Source: Promethearchaeota archaeon
Lineage (GTDB): Archaea > Asgardarchaeota > Lokiarchaeia > Sigyniarchaeales > SOKP01
Direction: 5' to 3'
Assembly: GCA_048939015.1 (NCBI GenBank)
Contig: JBHLPW010000001.1
Coordinates: 64,001 to 128,000 of the forward strand
DNA: 64,000 bases
Under the pieces are notes generated by a model. It saw only the letters and a list, made by a program, of their open reading frames with translations, was not told the DNA's origin and ran no database searches. Made by a program: the position numbers and the translations under genes. How positions within the stretch are numbered: the first letter of the stretch is position 1; the number at the start of each line of letters is the position of its first letter. This document shows, piece by piece, positions 8,658 through 18,918 of this stretch.

Positions 8658-10685
8658 TTAATTTTTCAATTTTAAATCTGTAAATCCATATACACCATAA
8701 ATGCGAAATTGTTCTATTACATTATTGTTCAGGATTTTTACCAAACCGGTTAATTTTTGATTAGGAAAATCTAATTTTAATCTATATACATTTTCATAAA
8801 ATCTTTCAGATGCCCTAAATGTCTCAAGATTTATCAAATCTTTCAAATCTTGGTCTGAATGAACTTTCTTTATATTTATTTCACCATTTTGAATTGAAAT
8901 TGACGGTTGTTGGTTAATAGATATCGAGGGTACTGTTTTTTCATCTTCATTTTTTAAATTAATAATTTCCTTTACCATTGAGGTTATAAATCCAATATTA
9001 GGATGGTATAATATTATGTTCTTATCTGTTAAGGATATTTTTTGGGTTAGATCGTTATCAAAATACCCTTTTCCAGAAATATTAATAGAATTATCATTAA
9101 AATCCAAAATAATAGATATGTCACCATCTGGAGATATAAGTCTAAATGTAGCTTCTTTTAATTTTGATAAAGAATTATATATTAAATACCCTTGATAATC
9201 ACTCTCATCATCCTTTCCATAATAGTAGTGGATGATATTGTCATTTGATTTTTGAATAGCCAATTGCTCTCCAAAACATTTTGTTTTAATAAAAAGACCA
9301 TCGTATTTTAAAATTTTCTCTGGTTCTTTTATTTGAAATTCTTTTTCAATTAAATTATGATAATCTTTAACCTGTTTAAATGATTCTGTAAGTTTCTCTA
9401 ATTGATCATTTAAGTATTCTTGCGAAATCCATCTTCCTCGAAATACTAAACCAAATCTTTTCTTAGTATTCGTAATTATTTCTATGGGATTTGCATTTAA
9501 TATTAATAAATCAGCTCTTTTACCCACAGAAACAGTTCCAACTTTATCTAAACACCCTATAAATTCAGCAGCATTCTTAGTAGCACATTTTAGAGTTTCA
9601 TAGGGAGAAATCCCACTTGATACAAATCTTTCAAGTTCATCATGAAATGCAAAACCTGGTATTGTATGAGGATTTAAAGCATCTGTTCCGACTAAGATTT
9701 TTCCTTTACTTTGATATAATTTACCAAGTATAGATGATTTCAATTCTATTGATTTACGTGTAAATTCTACCCATTCCTTACTCTTAAACTTTTGGTTAAG
9801 CCTTGGATTCTTCTTCAAATCCCATGCATCTAATATTTCTGGAGAAATAAATCTTGTCTCAGGTCGACTAAGTAATCTTTCTTGTTCCTCAAATTCCAAT
9901 AGAAAATGGACAACTAAAGTAGGACAATGCCACACACCTGCATCTACTGCTTTTTTGATAATAGACGGTATACGTGATTCATCTAAATAATCAAAGCTTT
10001 GTATCCAGATATTCATATCTGTTGTATATTTAGGAGGTGCATCTTCCGGCAAAAAGGATAAAAGATAGCCGTCTAAATGAGATATAGCATATTGTCTCTT
10101 TTGTAAGGCATGTTCTAAACCTACTGCCCAAGGTACATGACCTACAATTGGGATATTATGTTCTCTTCCAGCATCAATCAAGGCATCATAGACTTCTCTT
10201 GTGAGATTAAAATAAATTTTGATTTGTTTATATCCTAGGTCTTTAAATATTTTAACTAATTTTTTAGCGTTATCAGGTGTATTAACAATCGCACAATTTG
10301 GCCAATAGGGTTTGGCATCTATTATAGGACTTGTAGTGAAAATATTAGGACATAATAAATCACCATGCTCTATTCTTTCTTGCCATTTCAAATGTCGTGG
10401 AAAACCCCACATATTTCGAATGGTAGTTATCCCATTAGCAAGATATAGAATCATCTGGTTTTCGTCCATAAGATGCACATGCATATCCATTAAACCAGGA
10501 AGTGTATATCTATTTGTACCATCTACTATCAATTGTTCTGAGCTTAGTTCAATTTTACCAGTTGGCTGAATCTCTTTTATTATTTCATTTTCGATTAAAA
10601 TATCATGATTGTAGAGGACATCTTCAGATTCCATAGTTATAATATTAGTATTTTTAATTAGTATCAAATTACTTTGATTTAACAT
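8658..10685 (-). CDS. Metal-dependent amidohydrolase with C-terminal extension
   Basis: PGLMDMHVH, QIKIY, VGHVP, ISHLD, VGTDA metal-ligand motifs; GTVSVGKRADLLIL. Confidence 0.88.
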   Translation of the reverse strand: MLNQSNLILIKNTNIITMESEDVLYNHDILIENEIIKEIQPTGKIELSSEQLIVDGTNRYTLPGLMDMHVHLMDENQMILYLANGITTIRNMWGFPRHLKWQERIEHGDLLCPNIFTTSPIIDAKPYWPNCAIVNTPDNAKKLVKIFKDLGYKQIKIYFNLTREVYDALIDAGREHNIPIVGHVPWAVGLEHALQKRQYAISHLDGYLLSFLPEDAPPKYTTDMNIWIQSFDYLDESRIPSIIKKAVDAGVWHCPTLVVHFLLEFEEQERLLSRPETRFISPEILDAWDLKKNPRLNQKFKSKEWVEFTRKSIELKSSILGKLYQSKGKILVGTDALNPHTIPGFAFHDELERFVSSGISPYETLKCATKNAAEFIGCLDKVGTVSVGKRADLLILNANPIEIITNTKKRFGLVFRGRWISQEYLNDQLEKLTESFKQVKDYHNLIEKEFQIKEPEKILKYDGLFIKTKCFGEQLAIQKSNDNIIHYYYGKDDESDYQGYLIYNSLSKLKEATFRLISPDGDISIILDFNDNSINISGKGYFDNDLTQKISLTDKNIILYHPNIGFITSMVKEIINLKNEDEKTVPSISINQQPSISIQNGEINIKKVHSDQDLKDLINLETFRASERFYENVYRLKLDFPNQKLTGLVKILNNNVIEQFRIYGVYGFTDLKLKN

Positions 10686-10878
10686 TCATTTCACCTTCTA
10701 TTTTCTCAATACTCAATTAAACAAATAACTTAAATAAATTTTTGTTTGAAAAAACCCTTTTCATTCTACGATAGATGGGAATTATGATGGTTACCTCCAA
10801 AAAACCAAATTTTTAAATATCTGATGAGTATTATAAAACAAATAATAATTCTAAAAGATTATAAAAAAAGAGATTCAA

Positions 10879-12288
10879 ATGAAAGATTTTGATTTAATCA
10901 TTGTAGGTGCTGGACCTGGAGGATCGATGGCAGCAAAAACTGCTGTAGAAAAAGGATTAAAAACAATTTTTTTTGAACGCAGTCGTAAGCCTGGTGAAAA
11001 AAATTCTTCTGGGTGTGGATTAGGACCACGTATGTTTAGAGATTTTCCTGAAATGATGAAAAATTTAACTCCCGATAAGTGTCCTTCAATGAGAGCTGGA
11101 GCTGCTTCACGTAACTATTTTATAAATGAAGATGATATTGTGGCAGGATATATTATGGCTCGGCCTACAGAATCTGTTTCATACGAACCTGCTAAATCTT
11201 GGATTACAATGAATGTGTATCGTAGTGAATTTGACCCCTGGATTGCAAAGTTTGCGACCGATGCAGGTGCTGAATTAAAAACTTCAACGTTAATTGTAGA
11301 TCTATTAAAAGAGGATGGTAGAGTGTGTGGTGTGATTGACGAAAAAGGAGAAAAATATAAGGCTCCACTTGTTATTGGAGCAGATGGTGTTATTTCAATT
11401 GTTGCTCAAAAATCTGGATTGAGGAATAAATGGGCTCAAAATCAGGTAACACTAGTACCCCAATATGATTTTCAAGCACCACCAGATAAGATTGATGATA
11501 TTATGGGTGATGAAACCTTAGGTATCTGGTGGGGTTCAACATTTCCATCATCATACCAAGTCTTTTTTAATGATGGATTCCATCAAGGATTAGGAAATTG
11601 GATGAATTGGTGGGACCGGAATCCATTATATTATTTAAATCGTGTTATTAATCTAAAATATTATCAAAGATTGTTAAAACTCCTTGATGCTAAACCACGT
11701 GAACTTCAAGCTCATCTACTCCCATGGTTAGATTATCCTAATAATACGCATACTGATGGTGTTATATTAATTGGAGATGCTGGTGGTTTTCCATGTCCTC
11801 TTGAGGCCGAGGGAATATATCCTGCTATGGTTACAGGAAAGGTTGCCGCAGAAGTAGCCTCTGAACTGGTATCATCTGAAGATGTATCCAAATCAACACT
11901 CAAAAAATTTGATGAGAAGTGGCAACAAACTAGTATTGGCAAAGAGTTTGAGGCGGGATTTGAGCTATACAATATTTGGAAAGCACTACCCTTTAGCCCA
12001 AAAGAAACTATGTCATGGTTCGTACCAATGATAATGGAAATCATTGGAGGTATTTTTGATTGGTCTCAACCTCATGCTTTAAGAGTAAGACAAATTATAA
12101 GTCATGTAAAGTCATATATGCCTAAAGCGACACCTTTTATAATGGCATATGTATTTCCCCTATTAGCTAAGGTTTTCGAAGATGATTTAGATAAGTTAAT
12201 GGATCCTAAGAAAATTATGAAGGTATTACCTAAACTATTAGAAATGCTCCCACAGAAAAAGAAAAAAAGAGGCGGAGAACAAAAATGA
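10879..12288 (+). CDS. FAD-dependent oxidoreductase, FixC/geranylgeranyl-reductase family
   Basis: IIVGAGPGG, PGEKN, YRSEFDPWIA, VIGADG, IGDAGG...EGIYPAM. Confidence 0.85.
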   Translation: MKDFDLIIVGAGPGGSMAAKTAVEKGLKTIFFERSRKPGEKNSSGCGLGPRMFRDFPEMMKNLTPDKCPSMRAGAASRNYFINEDDIVAGYIMARPTESVSYEPAKSWITMNVYRSEFDPWIAKFATDAGAELKTSTLIVDLLKEDGRVCGVIDEKGEKYKAPLVIGADGVISIVAQKSGLRNKWAQNQVTLVPQYDFQAPPDKIDDIMGDETLGIWWGSTFPSSYQVFFNDGFHQGLGNWMNWWDRNPLYYLNRVINLKYYQRLLKLLDAKPRELQAHLLPWLDYPNNTHTDGVILIGDAGGFPCPLEAEGIYPAMVTGKVAAEVASELVSSEDVSKSTLKKFDEKWQQTSIGKEFEAGFELYNIWKALPFSPKETMSWFVPMIMEIIGGIFDWSQPHALRVRQIISHVKSYMPKATPFIMAYVFPLLAKVFEDDLDKLMDPKKIMKVLPKLLEMLPQKKKKRGGEQK

Positions 12289-12554
12289 ATATTGAATTAG
12301 ATGGTTTGACAAAACGAATTACAGATACGGGAAACTTTATTTCAATAGATAATGATAAATGTAATAATTGTGGACGCTGTTTAGTTATATGTGTTATGAA
12401 TTTATGGCGTAAAAAAGAAGGAAAAATCTATATAATAGACAATTATCAAACAAAATGTTTAGAATGTGCTGCTTGTTATCAAGTATGTGATGCTGGGGCA
12501 ATTAGTTTTAAATATCCTAAAGGTGGTACAGGTATAGTTATTGAAAAAGGATGA
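12285..12554 (+). CDS. FixX-like 2x[4Fe-4S] ferredoxin
   Basis: CNNCGRCLVIC and CLECAACYQVC; C-terminal YPKGGTGI typical of FixX; ATGA-type overlap with upstream gene. Confidence 0.85.
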   Translation: MNIELDGLTKRITDTGNFISIDNDKCNNCGRCLVICVMNLWRKKEGKIYIIDNYQTKCLECAACYQVCDAGAISFKYPKGGTGIVIEKG

Positions 12555-12583
12555 ATCAAATTTAAAGGAAGGAATTTTTTGCA

Positions 12584-13567
12584 TTATAAAATAAATTTCG
12601 CTTGTTCAGCTGAGCCTAAAGTATTTTTGTTTCTTTCTTTAATCATATCAATTAACTCTTGACGGGCTAAGCCTAAATATTTTCTAGGACCAATTTGCTC
12701 TGGATGCTCCGCAAAATATTTTCTAATCATTGCTGTAAAAACCATTCGACTATCTGTAGCAATATTGATCTTGCATACCCCATATTGAGTTGCTTTCTTT
12801 AACTGAGCTTCTGGTATTCCAAATGCTTTTGATAAAGTACCTCCAAATTCATTAATAATGTTAGCATATTTCTGGGGTATTGAAGATGAACCATGTAAAA
12901 CAATTGGAAACTCTCCTAACCGTTTCCTTATTTCCTGAAGAATATCAAACCGTAATTCTGGTATATCTTCTACCTTTTCTACCTTAAATTTATAAGCTCC
13001 ATGTGAAGTACCAATCGCAATTGCTAATGAATCACATCTAGTTCGATTTACAAAATCCTCTACTTGATCGGGATCAGTATAAAAATGCTCAGTCGATTTT
13101 ACATGACCTTCAATACCGGCAATAACTCCTAGTTCTGCTTCCACACTTACTTCACGCTCATGAGCATATAAAACTATCTTTTTAGTTATTTTAATATTTT
13201 CTTCATATGCTAAATGACTTCCATCAAACATAACACTTGAAAAACCATTATCTACACAGTCTTTTGCTAATTCAAATGAATTGCCATGATCCAAATGTAA
13301 AGCTATTGGTATATTATAGCCCAAATTTTGTGCCATTACCACTGCGCCCTTTGCTAAATATCTTACCATTGCCCGATTTGCATATTCACCCGCCGCTGGA
13401 CTATTTTGAAGTATTACTGGAGAATTTGTCTCTCCACACCCTATAATAATAGCTTGTAATTGCTCTAAATTGCTAAAATTGTATCCTGGAACAGCAAATT
13501 TTCTTTTTAAAGCAACTTCAAACATTCTTTTTGTATTTGATAATCCTAATTCTTTATAAGAAACCAT
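12584..13567 (-). CDS. fba: Class II fructose-1,6-bisphosphate aldolase
   Basis: ALHLDHG, SSVMFDGS, VEAELG, AIGTSHGAYK, VLHGSS, KINIATD. Confidence 0.95.
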   Translation of the reverse strand: MVSYKELGLSNTKRMFEVALKRKFAVPGYNFSNLEQLQAIIIGCGETNSPVILQNSPAAGEYANRAMVRYLAKGAVVMAQNLGYNIPIALHLDHGNSFELAKDCVDNGFSSVMFDGSHLAYEENIKITKKIVLYAHEREVSVEAELGVIAGIEGHVKSTEHFYTDPDQVEDFVNRTRCDSLAIAIGTSHGAYKFKVEKVEDIPELRFDILQEIRKRLGEFPIVLHGSSSIPQKYANIINEFGGTLSKAFGIPEAQLKKATQYGVCKINIATDSRMVFTAMIRKYFAEHPEQIGPRKYLGLARQELIDMIKERNKNTLGSAEQAKFIL

Positions 13568-13780
13568 TTTTTCTTCAATACATTTTGTCTTTAATTCAAA
13601 TGTTGTATTGATATTGAAATATCTATCCTAATATAAATATAGATGCCTAATTATATGTTAAAAGGATTATAAAATTAATTTTAAGCAGAAATTGTGAAAA
13701 CAAGTTAGAAAAAAGAGTATACTATAAATATATGTTTCATGCTACAGCAGTATATATAATAAAAAATTTTTTTGTAGTTT

Positions 13781-14674
13781 CTAAGTTGGTAATGTAATTT
13801 GTAGTTTATTCTTCAATTCCTTGTATCTTGAACGAAGAGTTACTTCAGTTATCCCTACTGATTCTACAATTTGTTGTTGGGTAGTTTCTTTATTTTTTAT
13901 TCTGCTGGCTAGATATATAGCCCCAGCACATAAACCCTTAGGGTCTTTTCCACTAACAGAATATTTAGATCTATAAGCCTTTAGAATTTTAGTTGTTAAT
14001 TGTTCGATTTCTGAATCTAATCCTAACTCATTTATATATCTAGGAATAAGGGATACAGGATCGGTTGATGGAGATTTTAAATTAAATTCTTGGATCAAAG
14101 TAGTATAACTTCTCCTTACATCCTTGGCATTTGCTGATGCTTCATTTGTTATCTCTTGAAGAGTTCTTGGTATTTTCTTTCTTCTACATGCTAGATATAA
14201 GCATGCAGCAACCATTGCATTAATGGATCTACCTCTTAATAATTTATTTTTAAAGGCTTCCTTATATAAGCGCATAGCATCCTCTCTTACATAGTTAGGT
14301 AAATTCAAATTAGTGCTTATTCTTTTTAATTCTGTGGATGCTATTAGTAAATTTCTTTTTTGCCATGTTATACGCGTATTCCATTTAGCAGCTCTTTTTA
14401 AATCAGGATTACTTATTTTACTTCTGTCTATAACAGTGCTTAATCCCATATCTGGTAATAAAATTGAAATTGGAGCACCAGTTTGTTCTCTATTATGTTT
14501 TTCTTGATTAGTATATGCTCTCCTCCCATTATGTGAAAAATCTACATTTTTTTCGTCAATGACTAATCCACACTGATTACATACAACATCTCCAGTGTTA
14601 ATTAATTGAATTATTGATCCACCACATTCGGGACAAACATTTACCAAAACATTATTTTTAGTATTTAACCCCAA
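13781..14674 (-). CDS. tfb: Transcription initiation factor IIB (TFB paralog)
   Basis: Zn ribbon CPECG...CNQCG, LLRGRSI, YLACR, PRTL, GKDPKG, GITEVTLRSRYKEL; TTG start preceded by GAGG. Confidence 0.95.
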   Translation of the reverse strand: MGLNTKNNVLVNVCPECGGSIIQLINTGDVVCNQCGLVIDEKNVDFSHNGRRAYTNQEKHNREQTGAPISILLPDMGLSTVIDRSKISNPDLKRAAKWNTRITWQKRNLLIASTELKRISTNLNLPNYVREDAMRLYKEAFKNKLLRGRSINAMVAACLYLACRRKKIPRTLQEITNEASANAKDVRRSYTTLIQEFNLKSPSTDPVSLIPRYINELGLDSEIEQLTTKILKAYRSKYSVSGKDPKGLCAGAIYLASRIKNKETTQQQIVESVGITEVTLRSRYKELKNKLQITLPT

Positions 14675-14776
14675 TATAATAACCTCAATATAATAATTTT
14701 AAATAAAATAATAAAACAATTGTAGACCAATTCTTATCTTTTCTATAATAATTAATTTTTTAATTCTAAAAATTAA

Positions 14777-15787
14777 TTAAACACCTAATACTTGTAATTT
14801 TTCTAATAATTCTCTCTGATTCTTATTCAATTTCTGAGGGACTTTAATTTTGATTTTTATCATTAAATTCCCTCTTTGATTTGAATTTATTTTATAAAAA
14901 CCTTGATTTTTTAATCTAAGTAAGGATGAGTCATTAGTTCCTGCAGGTACTGATACATTTAATATATTTTCTACTCCACTGACTTGAATTTTCCCTCCAA
15001 GTGCCGCTGTTGTAAAAGGAACTTCTTGCTCAATATAGATATCATCATCTTTTCTTTCAAATTTAGGATGTTTTTTAATATGTATAGCTATATAAAGATC
15101 TCCTATAGAACCTCCATTTTCACCAGGCATTCCTTTACCCTTTAACCGTAATTTTTGATCATCTTTAATACCTCTTGGAATGTTTACATTTAAATTTTTC
15201 ATTTGACCAGAAACAGGATCTTTATACTGAACTTTTTTTTTACTCCCATTAAAGGCATCCATGAAATCGATTTCCATATCATATCTCAGATCGTCTCCTT
15301 CTCTAGGAACATTATTATAATTTGGAGATCTTGCCCTAGTGCTTCCCCTTCCCCCTCTATTAAAAACATCAAATATATCTCCTAAATCGTTAAAAAAATC
15401 GAATCCACCACCTCTACTTCCAGAATTATTACGATTGCCAAAAATTTCACTGAAATCAAAACCTCCCGGTGAACCCGATGTAGAATAATAATAGGTTGTG
15501 CCATCTGGACTTTGATGAACTCTTCCTCCTCCCGGAACCCCACTCCAATTTTGATATGAAGATGTATCTCCTTCTACAACACCAAATCTATCATACATAT
15601 CTCTTTTTTTGTCATCGCTTAATATTGTATAAGCTTCGTTTATCTCTTTAAATTTCTCTCCTGATTTTGGCTCATCTGGATTTACATCTGGATGATATTT
15701 TCGAGCCATTTTACGAAAGGCTCTCTTAATCTCTTCTTTTGAAGCTCCTTTATTTATTCCTAAAATTTTATAATAATCTTTTGCCAT
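14777..15787 (-). CDS. dnaJ: DnaJ/Hsp40 chaperone, class B (no zinc finger)
   Basis: J-domain DYYKILG...HPD, G/F-rich region, DnaJ C-terminal domains; no CxxCxGxG repeats. Confidence 0.93.
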   Translation of the reverse strand: MAKDYYKILGINKGASKEEIKRAFRKMARKYHPDVNPDEPKSGEKFKEINEAYTILSDDKKRDMYDRFGVVEGDTSSYQNWSGVPGGGRVHQSPDGTTYYYSTSGSPGGFDFSEIFGNRNNSGSRGGGFDFFNDLGDIFDVFNRGGRGSTRARSPNYNNVPREGDDLRYDMEIDFMDAFNGSKKKVQYKDPVSGQMKNLNVNIPRGIKDDQKLRLKGKGMPGENGGSIGDLYIAIHIKKHPKFERKDDDIYIEQEVPFTTAALGGKIQVSGVENILNVSVPAGTNDSSLLRLKNQGFYKINSNQRGNLMIKIKIKVPQKLNKNQRELLEKLQVLGV

Positions 15788-15872
15788 AATTTACAACCTC
15801 ATCATGTAATCATGAAAAATAATTTGGTAAACAATAGTTTATAAAAAAATAAAAAAATAAAAAAAATTGAAC

Positions 15873-17786
15873 TTAGTCATATTCAGCATCAACTACATTA
15901 TCATCTTGACCTGTTGCTTTTCGGAATTGTTCTTCTTCGATTTCATCTTGAGATTTACCTTGGTATCCATATGTTGCCCCCGGTGGAACATCTCCCATAC
16001 CTCCAGGGGGAGCTCCTTGATATGCTCCTTGATAAGGACCTTGTTGTTGACCATATATACGAGATGAAACTTCATGTAATGAATTCTGTAAAGCTTCTGT
16101 AGCACTCTTAATTCTACTGACATCATCAGATTCCATCGCACTTCTTAAGTCAGAAATTTTATCGAGTATTTTTGATTTTAAGTCACCGATTACACTTTCA
16201 TTTTCTTTAAGTAGTTTTTCTGTTTGGTAAATTAATGATTCTCCATGATTTTTTGCCTCGGTTAGCTCTTGGAATTTACGATCTTCTTCCGCGTTTCTCT
16301 CAGCTTCTCGAATCTTTTGGCTTATTTCATCATCAGACATCTTAGTAGAAGCAGTAATTGTTATGGACTGACTTTTTCCAGTACCTTTATCTTTCGCTGA
16401 CACATTAAGAATTCCGTTTTGATCAATATCAAAAGTTACTTCGATCTGTGGTACTCCCCTTGGAGCTGGTGGAATCCCATTCAAGTGAAACTTTCCTAAA
16501 GTTATATTATCGACTGCTCTTGGTCGTTCACCTTGTAACACATGAATCTCTACTGCTGGTTGATTATCTGCCGCTGTTGAAAATGTTTCAGTCTTTTTTG
16601 TTGGAATTGTAGTGTTTCTTTCGATTAATTTCGTAAAAACACCACCTAATGTCTCAACACCTAAGGATAATGGTGTAACATCTAATAATAACAAATCTTC
16701 AACTTCACCAGTTAACACGCCTCCTTGAACTGAGGCACCCATAGCAACACATTCCATTGGATCGATACTGCGTTCTGGAGCTTTACCAAGTAAATTTTCG
16801 AATTTCTTCTGTACAACAGGCATTCTTGTTGGACCTCCAACTAAAATTATTTTATCAATTTCTCCTCTTGCCATTCCAGCATCTTGCAAGGCTTTTAAAA
16901 TTGATGTATCTAATCTCTTTAATACTGGTTCAATGAGTTGTTCCAATTTAGCTCTTGTTAATGACATGTTAAGATGCTTTGGACCATTACTAGTTGCCGT
17001 TATATATGGTAAATTAATATCAGTTGTAATTGATGTAGATAATTCAATTTTAGCTTTCTCTGCCGCCTCTCGAATTCGTTGCATTGCCATGGAATCTCCT
17101 CGTAAATCTACACCTTGATCTTTCTGAAATTCTGAAACTAAATAGTCAACAAGAATTTTATCCATATCTGTACCTCCTAGTTGAGTGTCACCCGCAGTAG
17201 AGATCACTTCGAATACTTGATTATCCATTTCCATTATAGTGACATCAAAAGTACCTCCACCAAGATCTAATACGGCAATCTTTAATCTTGCATTTTTCTT
17301 ATCTAATCCATAAGCTACGGCTGCGGCAGTGGGTTCGTTAATTAAACGTTTCACATTCAATCCTGCGATCCTTCCCGCATCTTTTGTAGCTTGTCTTTGA
17401 TTATCGTTAAAATATGCTGGTACTGTAATAATCACATCAGATACTTCTTCACCTAAATAGGCACTAGCATCTTCTTTGATTTTTCTTAGAATCATTGCCG
17501 AAATTTCTTGAGGTGTATAATCCTTACCATCAATTGTTACCTTGTAAGATGTACCCATCTTTCTTTTGATAGCTGTAATTGTGCGATCTGGATTTGAAAT
17601 TGCTTGCCTTCTTGCTGGTTCTCCTACTAGTCTCTGGCCATCCTTCGTAAAAGCAACCACAGAAGGAAATGCCTTTCCACCCAAGGTTAATCCCTCAGCA
17701 CTTGGAATTATTGTTGGCTTACCACCAATTAATACCGCTGCTGCTGAATTTGATGTTCCTAAGTCAATTCCTATTATTTTTCCCAT
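15873..17786 (-). CDS. dnaK: Molecular chaperone DnaK (Hsp70)
   Basis: [55 protein letters not shown]-terminal VVDAEYD. Confidence 0.99.
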   Translation of the reverse strand: MGKIIGIDLGTSNSAAAVLIGGKPTIIPSAEGLTLGGKAFPSVVAFTKDGQRLVGEPARRQAISNPDRTITAIKRKMGTSYKVTIDGKDYTPQEISAMILRKIKEDASAYLGEEVSDVIITVPAYFNDNQRQATKDAGRIAGLNVKRLINEPTAAAVAYGLDKKNARLKIAVLDLGGGTFDVTIMEMDNQVFEVISTAGDTQLGGTDMDKILVDYLVSEFQKDQGVDLRGDSMAMQRIREAAEKAKIELSTSITTDINLPYITATSNGPKHLNMSLTRAKLEQLIEPVLKRLDTSILKALQDAGMARGEIDKIILVGGPTRMPVVQKKFENLLGKAPERSIDPMECVAMGASVQGGVLTGEVEDLLLLDVTPLSLGVETLGGVFTKLIERNTTIPTKKTETFSTAADNQPAVEIHVLQGERPRAVDNITLGKFHLNGIPPAPRGVPQIEVTFDIDQNGILNVSAKDKGTGKSQSITITASTKMSDDEISQKIREAERNAEEDRKFQELTEAKNHGESLIYQTEKLLKENESVIGDLKSKILDKISDLRSAMESDDVSRIKSATEALQNSLHEVSSRIYGQQQGPYQGAYQGAPPGGMGDVPPGATYGYQGKSQDEIEEEQFRKATGQDDNVVDAEYD

Positions 17787-17834
17787 AGTTTAGCACTCCT
17801 TTTTTTAAATTTATTTGTAATATTTTGATTTTTT

Positions 17835-18563
17835 TTAATTTTCGTTTAATTTTTTTAATTTTGATTTTTTTGAGATTTTGACCTTTGCAGGTCTTAAAAT
17901 TCTATCTTTAATATAATAACCTTTAGTTATTTCTTCTAATATTGTGTTTTCCGGGAGATCATCTCTACCATCTTCAACTAGTATAGCTTCATGTTTGTAT
18001 GGATCAAATTTCTCACCTTCTGAATTCATTAGTTTCACACCCTCTTCGAAAAGTATTTTTTCAAATTTCTTCACTATTATTTCGAAACCATTTTTAATGC
18101 CTTCCATGTTTTCAACCATCTTAATTAAGTTCATTGCTCGAACTAAATCATCATAATGATCGATTAATTTTTTCAAAATTGTTTCAGTAACAAATTCTTT
18201 ATATTTGTTGTTTTCTCGTTCTGAACGCTTTTTATAATTCTCAAAATCTGCACGTATTCTTAAAAGAGAGTTCAAGAATTTTTCCTTTTCTTCCAGTAAT
18301 TCCTTGAATTTTCGACTGTCCTCCTTCATATCATCAAGCTCCTTGAGTAAACGGTCATTTTGAGTTTTAATTTTTTTATGCTCTTCCACTAATGCTTCAT
18401 ATTTTTCTGCCTTTGCTTTGAGAACCTTATACTCATTTCTAGGAACTAATATTTGATTTGATAATTCGCGTGAAAAACCACGATTACCATTATATCTATT
18501 AAAATATTCTTCAAATGTCATAGGTCGTATATCTCCCATCTCATTTATTAAACTATATGCCAT
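17835..18563 (-). CDS. grpE: Nucleotide exchange factor GrpE
   Basis: LRIRADFENYKKR, FDPYKHEAI, KGYYIKDRILRPAKVKIS; directly upstream of dnaK. Confidence 0.96.
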   Translation of the reverse strand: MAYSLINEMGDIRPMTFEEYFNRYNGNRGFSRELSNQILVPRNEYKVLKAKAEKYEALVEEHKKIKTQNDRLLKELDDMKEDSRKFKELLEEKEKFLNSLLRIRADFENYKKRSERENNKYKEFVTETILKKLIDHYDDLVRAMNLIKMVENMEGIKNGFEIIVKKFEKILFEEGVKLMNSEGEKFDPYKHEAILVEDGRDDLPENTILEEITKGYYIKDRILRPAKVKISKKSKLKKLNEN

Positions 18564-18599
18564 TTCTTTATTTTTTGAGTTTTAAACCCCATATTTTTG

Positions 18600-18695
18600 T
18601 ATGTAATGTTTTCTTGTCAAGATAAACTTTACATATCTTAATATAACAATATTAATTTGCCTATTTAAAGATTACGTTTTTGAAAAAAAACGTAA
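18600..18695 (-). promoter_or_regulatory. grpE-dnaK-dnaJ promoter region: TATA box, upstream inverted repeat and 5'-leader hairpin
   Basis: Minus-strand TTTAAATA at 18662-18669; TTACGTTTTT-GAAA-AAAAACGTAA at 18672-18695; imperfect inverted repeat 18600-18635. Confidence 0.5.
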
Positions 18696-18918
18696 GGTAC
18701 AGTTTAATGAGGAGGAGAAAGAAATTTTCTAGATTAATATTCGGTTTTAGTATTATTTTTTCTATTTATTTCAAATTATCATAAATATTATCAGATCAAT
18801 TAGGGAGAAAACTTAATTCAAGTTTCAGGACTTCACTTTTAAAATATAGTAATAATTAACTTTTTTTTTATAATTTTTAGATGTCTCATTAAAAAATTCA
18901 GATTTTTGTCATTATAAT

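Noticed and set aside
2263-17793. Short nested ORFs (2263, 2618, 3591, 7896, 10312, 11733, 13237, 14313, 15203, 15867, 15893, 15914, 16933, 17566)
   Set aside because: All lie inside confidently identified genes on the opposite strand or in another frame, with no motif support
17790-17816. Complete CIRCE element upstream of dnaK
   Set aside because: Only one half-site is present; positions 17808-17816 read aatttattt, not GAGTGCTAA; no hrcA in the window
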